Part shown: piece by piece, positions 10,573-20,200 of the stretch
Layout: each line of letters begins with the position of its first letter
Position numbering within the stretch: the stretch's first letter is position 1
Assembly: GCF_000737315.1 (NCBI RefSeq)
Contig: NZ_JMCB01000007.1
Span: 62,001 to 126,000, forward strand
DNA: 64,000 bases
Source of the DNA: Hyalangium minutum
GTDB lineage: Bacteria; Myxococcota; Myxococcia; Myxococcales; Myxococcaceae
Reading direction: 5' to 3'
The notes under the pieces: model-generated
What the model was told of the DNA's origin: nothing
Seen by the model: the letters and a program-made list of their open reading frames with translations, nothing else
Database searches by the model: none
Program-made: the position numbers and the translations under genes

Positions 10573-11352
10573 TTACCTCCCGAGCCCCCGGAGGATGGCG
10601 AGTTCGACGGGGGAATAGGCTCCATCATCGCGATGGAGCTGGAGCGGTTGGGCGGGATGGAGCGGTGGCTGGGCCATGAAGCGCGGCTGGGTGCCGCGGT
10701 GTGGCTGAGCCGCGTGGACCAGGAAGGGATGGCAGAGGAAGACCGTGCCAGCTTCACCCTGGGCGAGCGCGACGGGACGGCTCGCTGTCGTGTCGAGCCT
10801 CTGCGCCATCTCGATAAATGACAAGCCCGCATCGCCCTCCGGTTCGAGGAGCCGGGCCACATCCAGGTGGGAGCCGACTCGGAGGCGCGTCGGCGCGTCG
10901 TCCTGGCCCACGTCCGAGAACAGGAAGAGCATCAGCAGGGCACGGCCTCGCGAGGCTACATTCACCCGCCAGGAGAAGAACGAGTTCGGGTCTTCTCCCG
11001 GGAAGCTGGCGTCGATGTGCCACCCGTCATCTCCTGGAGCATCCGGGCTCGGGAAGCGGATGGGGAACGTGCCGACATCAGCGCGAGGCAACCAGCGCCC
11101 CGGTCCCACCAGCTGATCGAAGGCCGCATGAAGCCGAGGGGTATTCACCGCGCGGCGGAACGGCTCCTGTCCCAGGTAGCCCAGGCGGACGACGGCTTGA
11201 GTCCACGTGGCCGGATTGCCCGGGTCGCATCCCGTGCCGCGCCAGAGGAACTCACGGCATTCGTCCGCCAACTCTCGAGGGAAGGCGTGCTCGAGGCGGA
11301 TGTAGCCCTGTTCGATGAACTGATCGATCTCCGCAGGTGAGAGTTCCGCCAT
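10573..11352 (-). CDS. Phytanoyl-CoA dioxygenase (PhyH) family 2OG-Fe(II) oxygenase
   Basis: GWHIDAS (HxD), APTRLRVGSH, HPFLVHAA distal His. Confidence 0.85.
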   Translation of the reverse strand: MAELSPAEIDQFIEQGYIRLEHAFPRELADECREFLWRGTGCDPGNPATWTQAVVRLGYLGQEPFRRAVNTPRLHAAFDQLVGPGRWLPRADVGTFPIRFPSPDAPGDDGWHIDASFPGEDPNSFFSWRVNVASRGRALLMLFLFSDVGQDDAPTRLRVGSHLDVARLLEPEGDAGLSFIEMAQRLDTTASRPVALAQGEAGTVFLCHPFLVHAAQPHRGTQPRFMAQPPLHPAQPLQLHRDDGAYSPVELAILRGLGR

Positions 11353-11541
11353 GGCGTGCACCCTAGTCATTCAGTTCCTCCGCTGACGACAAGCAACACT
11401 CCTTGTGACGTTCCTCCACCGCGAATCTCAGGCGCGCTGCGTCATGAGCTCTTTGAAGGATGGTTGCCCGAGCCGCGGAGATCCACCGTAGACTTCGCGC
11501 CCGCCGCAGGCCCGCAGGCCCGGCTTATTTGGAGGGGTCCT

Positions 11542-13659
11542 TTGTCCCAGAAACTGCACCGTCGCACCATCCTGCAGTCCATCGTCGCGGTCGCGGCGAC
11601 GACTGCGTTCGGATGCAGCGAAGAAGAGACGACCGAGCAGCAGGCAGCGCAGTCTCGCGCCTATTTCCCTCAGTCCGTGGCCTCCGGTGATCCGCGCCCC
11701 GACAGCGTGGTGCTGTGGACGCGCGCCGTGGATGAGGAGCATGGCGGAGACGTCACCCTGTCGCTCGAGGTCTCCACCGAGGAGAGCTTCGGCACGCTGA
11801 TCGCCAACCCCAAGGGTCTCCAGGCGCAGGTCGCGCACGACAACGCCCTCAAGGTGAAGGTGACGAACCTGTCGCCGCGCACCACCTACTACTACCGCTT
11901 TGTCTACGAGCACGACGGCGAGCGCTTCGTCTCCCCCGTGGGCCGCACCAAGACCGCCCCCGCGCCGGGTGACGCTGTCCCCGTGAAGTTCGTCGTCGGC
12001 AACTGCCAGGACTACGTCGGCCGCTACTACAACGCATGGCAGCGCTTGCTGCAGCTGAACGCGGACGTGGATGCCATCATCTTCCTCGGCGACTACATCT
12101 ACGAGACCACCGGCGACCCGGCCTTCCAGTCCTCCAACACCACGCGCGGCGTCACCTTCAGCAAGCCCGAGGAGGCGCTCGTCCAGAAGAACGGCGTCTT
12201 CCAGTACTACGCCGCTCAGTCGCTCTCCAACTACCGCGACATCTACAAGACCCTGCGCACGGACCCCCTCATCCAGAAGGTCCACGAGCGCTACCCCTTC
12301 ATCAACGTCTGGGACGACCACGAGTTCTCGGATGACTGCTGGGGCTCGAACGCCACCTACGAGGACGGCCGCCGCTCCGAGAAGCAGGATGACCGCCGCC
12401 GCAACGCCGAGCAGGCCTTCTTCGAGTTCCTGCCCATCGACACCGCGGGCACCGCCGGCGAGGGCTCCATCAACGTGGACTCCGAGCCCAAGTACCCGGA
12501 CACCCGCATCTACCGGGACTTCGAGTTCGGCAAGCACGTGAAGCTCATCGTCACCGACTACCGTACCTACCGACCCGACCACCTCATCCCCGAGGACGGC
12601 TATCCGGGCACCGTGGTCATGGACGAGGCGGTACTGACGGCGATCGGCGCGGCTCCGGCCTTCGCGAGCGACTTGTTCGCGTACGTGGACGTGGATGCCG
12701 CGGAGCTGGCCGCTGTGAAGGGAGCCCTCTCGCAGGCGTATGTGGCCCAAGCCATGAAGGCCGGGCTGACTCAGGCGGAGGCCACGGCCAAGGCAGGCAC
12801 CTGGGTGAAGGGCAAGCTCGCGCTCGCCTACGTCAACCAGACCCTGGCCGCCCTCGGCCAGGCGCCCATCTCCGCCGCGGGCAAGCCGCGCGGTCTGGCC
12901 TACGTCCATATGGGCAAGGTGGATCTCTTCAACATTCGCGGCTCGCGCTACGTGGTGGTGAAGGACACCTTCGATCTCTACGCGGGGTATCGCTACCTCT
13001 CCTCCGGGAAGGCCAGCGAGAACGTGTGGGGCGCCACCCAGGAGGACTGGTTCAATCAGCAGGTGCAGGCCACGAACACCTGGAAGGTGGTCGTCAGCTC
13101 CGTGTCCTTCACCTCGCTGGTGTGGGACCTGCGCCAGAAGGCGGACATCCCTGATTCGACGCTGCGCCAGCGCTTCTACTTCAACGTGGATCAGTGGGAT
13201 GGTTTCCCCACCAAGCGCAAGGAGCTGCTGAGCACCCTGAAGGCCAAGAACGTCAACGCGCTGGTGCTGTCCGGCGACATCCACGCCTCGTACGCGTCGG
13301 TGGAGGAGGGCATCCCCATGTTGACCGGTCCGGCCATCTCCTCCGGCACGGTGCAGGAACTGGCCGGCAATGCCGTGCTCGGCGCTGGCTACTACTCGGG
13401 CAGCGCCATCTACAAGTACGTGGTCGCCCAACTGGATGCCACCCTGAAGGCGGGCAACGACAAGCTCGTCTTCTCCAACTCGACGCAGCACGGCTTCCTC
13501 ATGGTGGAGGTGCAGGCGGATCAGGCCGTGGCCACCTACCACCTGATCCCCAGCAGCGAGATCGACAAGGACTACTCGCAGCGGACGCCCGACGAGCTGC
13601 AGCGGAAGTTCACCACCCAGTCCCTCCGCGTCCAGAACGGCGCCATTACCGCCGCGTAG
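11542..13659 (+). CDS. phoD: Alkaline phosphatase D family protein, Tat-exported lipoprotein
   Basis: TTG start after GGAGG; HRRTILQ twin-Arg; TAFGC lipobox; SVASGDP, LGDYIYE, WDDHE, DQWDGF, SGDIH. Confidence 0.9.
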   Translation: MSQKLHRRTILQSIVAVAATTAFGCSEEETTEQQAAQSRAYFPQSVASGDPRPDSVVLWTRAVDEEHGGDVTLSLEVSTEESFGTLIANPKGLQAQVAHDNALKVKVTNLSPRTTYYYRFVYEHDGERFVSPVGRTKTAPAPGDAVPVKFVVGNCQDYVGRYYNAWQRLLQLNADVDAIIFLGDYIYETTGDPAFQSSNTTRGVTFSKPEEALVQKNGVFQYYAAQSLSNYRDIYKTLRTDPLIQKVHERYPFINVWDDHEFSDDCWGSNATYEDGRRSEKQDDRRRNAEQAFFEFLPIDTAGTAGEGSINVDSEPKYPDTRIYRDFEFGKHVKLIVTDYRTYRPDHLIPEDGYPGTVVMDEAVLTAIGAAPAFASDLFAYVDVDAAELAAVKGALSQAYVAQAMKAGLTQAEATAKAGTWVKGKLALAYVNQTLAALGQAPISAAGKPRGLAYVHMGKVDLFNIRGSRYVVVKDTFDLYAGYRYLSSGKASENVWGATQEDWFNQQVQATNTWKVVVSSVSFTSLVWDLRQKADIPDSTLRQRFYFNVDQWDGFPTKRKELLSTLKAKNVNALVLSGDIHASYASVEEGIPMLTGPAISSGTVQELAGNAVLGAGYYSGSAIYKYVVAQLDATLKAGNDKLVFSNSTQHGFLMVEVQADQAVATYHLIPSSEIDKDYSQRTPDELQRKFTTQSLRVQNGAITAA

Positions 13660-13703
13660 GGTTGTTCCAGCCAGGGAGGCGCAGGCTGTACGCTGCGCCT
13701 CCC

Positions 13704-14249
13704 ATGAGCCCTCCGGAAGTGAAGCTCGTCCCCGCGTTGCCCGAGCACCTCGATGCTTGGATCGCCATGCGGAACGGCCCCACCTCGCGGCGCCTGTTGC
13801 CCTTGGACGACAACAACCGCGAGTCCCTGCTCAAGCGCTTGCGCGAGGCGAGCAGCGATGTGACCGATCCCCACGCCAAGGGCTTCCGGTGGATGGTGGA
13901 GGTGGAAGGGCGCATTGCGGGCACGGTCGCCGCGCGCGAGTTCTCCCGGTTCCACGGCCGCGTCGAGGTGGGCTACATGCTCGCCGAGGAGTTCATCGGC
14001 CGAGGCATCGGTACCCGCGCGGTGGCGATGATGCTGGAGCGCCTGTTCTCCACTCCCGAACTCCATCGCATCTGGCTCACCACCACGCCGGAGAACCTCG
14101 CCTCGCAGGCCGTGGCGCGCAAGCTGGGGTTCGTCCTGGAGGGGCTGTGGCGTGGGCACTGCATCGTCCAGGGACAGCGTAGGGATCAACAGATTTGGGG
14201 CCTCTTGCGGCCCGAGTGGGAAGCGCGGCACGGAGTGAAAGATCGATGA
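13704..14249 (+). CDS. GNAT N-acetyltransferase (RimJ/RimL-like)
   Basis: VEVGYMLAEEFIGRGIGTRAV, NLASQAVARKLGFVLEG. Confidence 0.88.
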   Translation: MSPPEVKLVPALPEHLDAWIAMRNGPTSRRLLPLDDNNRESLLKRLREASSDVTDPHAKGFRWMVEVEGRIAGTVAAREFSRFHGRVEVGYMLAEEFIGRGIGTRAVAMMLERLFSTPELHRIWLTTTPENLASQAVARKLGFVLEGLWRGHCIVQGQRRDQQIWGLLRPEWEARHGVKDR

Positions 14250-17200
14250 GACATCTGCTGAAGGGAACCCTCCTGGCGCTGTGTGCGCTGGTCTTCTCCT
14301 TGAGCGTCGCGAGCTGTCACGGCGGCGAGTCCCCTGCGAATCCCTGTGAAGGCGTGGTCTGTGGCGCTGGGCACTGCATGGCCAGCGACGGACGGCCCGC
14401 CTGTATGTGTGATGCGGGCTACCACGCGGACGGGCTCACCTGCGTCAAGGACAACGAGCCTCCAAAGAACCCCTGTGAGCCGAATCCGTGCCTCCAGCCA
14501 GGCCGCCGGATCTGCCTCGTCGTGGCAGACCGGGCCGTCTGTGGATGCGATCCGGGGACTGTGGAAGGACCGGGAGGCACGTGCGTCGTCCCCAACCCGT
14601 GCGATCCCAATCCCTGCACCCTGCCGAACAAGACGGACTGCAGTGTGTCCAATGGCCAGGCTGTCTGCTCGTGCGTGAGCGGCTATGAGCCGGACGGGGA
14701 GGAGTGCAAGCCGGAGCAGACCGTCACCTGCACGGGCCAGCATACGGAGGGAGACTCGTTCGAGCCCGATGAGTGCCCGGCGCTCGCGCGCGCCGTGGAC
14801 GCGGGTGGGACGCAGAACGAGGCGCACACGCTGAGCCCCTTGGGTGACGAGGACTGGCTGAAGCTCACCGCCTCGGCGGGGCACATCTACGAGGTGGTGG
14901 CCACGAGTGCGGCGAGCGAGCGGCTGGATCTGGACTTGTATGCCGCAGACGGCACCACGGTGCTGGCCTCGGATCACAGCGGACAGACTCCCGTGCAGCT
15001 CGTCCACAAGGCCACGGTCGCCGGTGAGCTGTACTTCCGGATCCGCTCCTCCGTGAGCGGCGATGCGGGCGCCTACACCCTGTCCATCGTGGACCTCGGC
15101 GTGGATGACTTCGCGGATGAGCCGGCGCTTGCCACCGTCCTGACGACTCCGAGCGGAACTCCGGTGGCGGGAGCGCTGCAGTTCGACGGAGATCGGGACG
15201 TGGTGAAGCTCCCGCTCACGGCGGGCCACAGCTACCGCTTCGAGGCGGCCTGGAGCGCCACGAGCACGGCCTCGCTGAAGCTCGAGCTCATCGCGCCGGA
15301 TCGCACGACGGTGGTGGTCTCCAGCCAGCAGGTGGCGCCGCAGGGGCTCACGCGCATCACCAGCTCGGGGGACTACTATCTGCGGGTCCAGGAGGCCACG
15401 GGGAAGGTGCGTGCGGCCTACTCCTTTACCGTGACGGACCTGGGCGTGGATGACCACGGGGATGGGGCCTCGGAGTCTTCTCCCGTGATCATCGGTGCGC
15501 CGCCCGCGGATGGCGGCTTCGAGCGCCCCGATGACGTGGACGTCCTCTCGTTCCAGGCGCAGGCGGGCCACATCTATGCCTTCACCTGCAACCCGGCCGG
15601 AGGTGTCTCGGACTGCCACGTGAGTCTCTCCAACGCGGCGGGCACCGTGCTGGCCACCGACAACAACGGGGGCACGGGCTTCATCGTCTATGAGTACACC
15701 CAGGCGGGGACGTATTTCTTCCGGCTCTCTTCGGGCGGCGTGGGCAGCTACACGTACCGGCTGGAGGACCTGGGCTTCGATGACTACGGCGACACTCTCG
15801 CCACGGCCACGGCGGTCACTCCGGCGGCCACGCCCACCAGCGCCCGGCTGGAGGTGCCCGGGGATGTGGACTTCCTGAAGCTCGAGGTCCAGGCCGACTT
15901 CGTCTATGCGTTCACCTGCGCCTCGACGGCCTTCACGTGCACCCTGGAGCTGCAGGACGGCGCGGGCACGGTGCTGGCCTCCGGCTCGGCGAGCTCGGAC
16001 TCCGTGCGGCTCAGCCACACCTTCCTCTCCGCGGGTACGGCCTACCTGCGCATCTCCGCGAGTTCAGCGGCCGCCATGGGCTCGTACACGTGGCAGGTGG
16101 AGTCCCAGTACGTGGATGACCACGGCAACACGATCGATACGGCCACGGCCATCACCCCGGGGGCGGCGTCCAGCGCTGGCCAGCTGGAGGTCGCGGGCGA
16201 CGTGGATGTCTTCCGTTTCTCCGCGACCGCGAGCCACATCTACCGGTTCACGTGCAGCAGCAGCGCGTTGGACTGCGATGCCGAGCTGCTCGACGCCAGC
16301 GGCTCCGTCATCGTGAGCGCCACCGGCCCCGAGACGACGGCTGTCATCACCTACGAGTTCAACTCGGGCGGCACGTACTACTTCCGGGTGCAGACCGACT
16401 CCGGGGCGGCCGGGGGATATACGTACTCGCTGGAGGAGCTCGGCGTGGACGACCACGGAGATACCTCCGGCACCGCGACGGCTCTCACCGTACCGATGTC
16501 TGGCTCGGGCCAACTGGAGACCCCGGGCGATGTGGACGTGTTCTCCTTCAGCGGCGCCGCCGACGAGGTCTTCGAGTTCACCTGCACGGGGACCTCGGTC
16601 GACTGCAATGTGCTGTTGGTGAACTCCAGCGGAGGCACGGTGGCGTCCGACACGTCCTCGAGCGCCAACGCGCGAATCCTCTACCGGCTGCCTCAGGCGG
16701 GGACCTGGTTCCTGCACGTGAAGAGCACTCCGGTAGCCACCGGGAGCTACGGCTATCAGCTCGTGTCCCTGGGGACCGATGAGCACGGGGATACACCCGC
16801 GACTTCGACCCCGGTCGTCGTGGACGCTCCCGTGGCGGGCGGCCGGATCGACACGTCTGCGGATGTCGACGTGTTCTCCTTCGAGGCGCTGGCAAACCAC
16901 ATCTATGAGATCACCTGCACCAGCGCCAACTTGAGCTGCGATCTGCAGCTGATGACCGCAGCGGGGACGGTGCTCGCCTCCAACAGCGGCGCTAACGCGC
17001 GGGTCGTCTACGAGGTGGGCACTGCAGGGACCTACTACTTCCGGATCGCCAGCGTCTCCAGCACAGCGGGGACGTACTCGTATCGCGTGGTGGATCTGGG
17101 GATGGATGACCACGGCGATGACCTGGCGAGTGCCACGGCCATCACTGCCGGAGCGCCTGCGGCCAACGGCACCCTGGAGATCTCGGGGGATGTGGACGTG

Positions 17201-20200
17201 TTCTCGTTCTCCGCCGCGGCCAACCACCTCTACGAGTTCACCTGCACGGGCACCACCATCGATTGCAACGTGGAACTGGTGCACGCGACCGGCACGGTGC
17301 TGGCCTCGGATACCTCTTCCAACACCCTGGCGAGGGTTCGCCTCCAGCTCACGGCGGCTGGTACGTACTCCCTGCGTGTGGTGGGTGGCAGCTCGGGCAA
17401 CCCGACGGGCACCTACAGCTACCAGCTGCTGGACCTTGGGCTGGATGACCATGGCAACACGCCCGATACCTCCACGGGTGTGACGCCGGGTGCGCCTCCG
17501 GCGAACGGGACGATCGACAACGCCAGCGATGTGGATGTCTTCGGCTTCGATGCCGTGGCCGGCCACATCTACCAGTTCACCTGCTCGGCGAGCTTCGACT
17601 GCAATGTGCTGCTCACGACCGCGTCCGGGACGGTGGTGGCCTCGGACACCGGGCCGTCGTCGGACGCGCTCGTCGTATTCGAGTTCTCCGCTTCGGGAAC
17701 CTTCTACTTCAAGGTCTCGAGCGGAAACGGCGTCCTGGGGCCCTATACCTATGAGCTCCGGGACCTCGGGGTAGATGACCACGGCGACGTGATGGCCGCC
17801 GCTACTCCGATTGCCCCCTCCACCACCACCAGCACGGGCCGGGTGGAGACGTTCGGTGACGTGGACTTCTTCTCGTTCTCCGGAGCCGCGAGCACCACCT
17901 ACGAGTTCAGCTGCACCACCACCGCCATCGACTGCAACGTGGTGTTCTATGATTCCAGCGGGAACGTTCTGCAGTCCGACACGGGCGCCAGCACCAATGC
18001 CCGGGTGACCTATGTGGTGCGCTCGGCTGGCACCTTCTATGTGAAGGTCTCCAGCGGGACAGCGACGATCGGTGGCTACTCGTACCAGCTGCAGAGCCTG
18101 GGAGAGGACGACCACGGCAACACGATCAACGATGCCACGCCCGTGTCTCCGTCGAGCTCCTACAGCAACGCGACGATCGAGGTTTCCACGGACGTGGACG
18201 TGTTCTCGTTCACCGCTGTGGCCGGGCACATCTACGAGATCGAGTGCACCAGCTCCGCCATCGACTGCGACGTGGTGCTGATGGACTCGGCGGGGACGGT
18301 GATTGCCTCCGACACCGGTCGTTCCACCTCCGCTGCGGTGCGCGTGGAGCTGAACACGGCAGGCACCTACTACTTCCGCATCCAGCCGGGCACGGCGTCC
18401 ATTGGCAGCTACTCGTATCGGGTGAGGGATCTGGGAGTGGACGACTTCGGGGACACGATCGCCACGGCCGCGCCCATCTCGCCCATGGCGAGCAGCGCCC
18501 CCGGCCAGATCGAGACCTCGGGGGATTTTGACGTGTTCTCCTTCAGCGCCACCGCGGGTCACATCTACCGGTTCACCTGCACGGGGGCCGCGGGCGACTG
18601 CGACCTCGATCTCGTGGACGAGGCCGGGACGCTGCTGGCCCGGGACAACGCCCCCGCTTCGTCCGCGACGCTCCTCTATGAGATCGGCGCCGCAGGCACC
18701 TACTACGTGAAGCTGTTCTTCGGGAACGCTTCGACCACCGTCATCGGCGGGTACAGCTACCGGCTCGAGGACCTCGGGGTGGATGACCATGGGGACACCG
18801 CCGCCACGGCGACGCCCATCACCGTGTCCACCACCGCCAGCACGGGCCGTGTGGAGACGCTCGGTGACGTGGACTTCTTCTCGTTCTCCGGAGCCGCGAA
18901 CACCACCTACGAGTTCAGCTGCAACACCACCGCCATCGACTGCAACGTGGTGCTCTATGACTCCAGCGGGAACGTGCTGCTGTCGGACACCGGCCTCAGC
19001 CCCAACGCGCGGGTGACGTATCTGGCGCGCACGGCGGCCACCTTCTTCCTCAGAGTCTCCAGCGGGACCGCGACGATCGGCGACTACACGTACCAGCTGA
19101 GCAACCTGGGCACGGATGACCACGGCAACACGAACGAAAGCGCCACGCCTGTTACGCCGTCCACCACCTACAGCAATGCCAGGATCAACGCCTCCACAGA
19201 TGTGGACGTGTTCTCGTTCACCGCTGTGGCTGGCCACATCTACGAGGTCGAGTGCTCCACCTCGGCCTTTGACTGCAACCTGGTGCTGATGGACGCAACG
19301 GGGGCGACGATTGCCTCCGATCTGGGCACTGGCGCCATCGCTCGGGTGCGCGTGGAGCTGAATACGGCGGGCACCTACTACTTCCGCATCCAGCCGGGCA
19401 CGGCGGCCTTCGGAAACTACACGTACCGGGTGCAGGACCTGGGTTTGGATGACCACGGAGATACGCTCGCCACGGCCACGCTCCTCACGCCCATGACGAG
19501 CACCGCCACTGGCGCGATTGAGGCCTCCGGCGATGTCGACGTCTTCGCCTTCAGCGCCACGGCAGGCGGCATCTACGAGTTCTCCTGCACCGGAACGGGC
19601 GACTGCGACCTCGATCTGGTCGACGGCGCTGGAGCCCTCCTGGTCCGGGACAACACCTCCTCCACCTCCGCCAAGGTCGTCTACGAGTTCGACACCGCCG
19701 GCACCTACTACGTGCGCCTGCGCTACGGGACTGGCTCGACCACGGTGACCGGGAACTACACCTACCAGCTCAAGGATCTCGGCGTGGATGACCACGGCGA
19801 CACGCCCGCCACGGCGACGCCCATCACCCCGTCCACCACCACCAGTACCGGCAAGATCGAGACGCTGGGAGACCTGGACCACTTCTCGTTCTCGGGGGCG
19901 GTCAACACCACCTATGAGTTCAGCTGCACCGGCAGCGGCATCGACTGCAACGTGGTGCTCTATGACTCCAGCGGCACGGTGGTGCAGTCCGACACCGGTA
20001 CCAGCACCACCGCTCGGGTGACGTACCTGGTGCGGGTCGCCGGGACCTTCTACGTGAGGGTCTACAGCGGCACGGCGGCGATCGGTGCCTATACCTACCA
20101 ACTGAAGAACCTGGGCACGGACGACCACGGCAACACGCTGTCCGATGCCACGCCCGTCACGCCGTCCACCTCCTTCTCCAGCGCTCGGATCGACGCGGCG

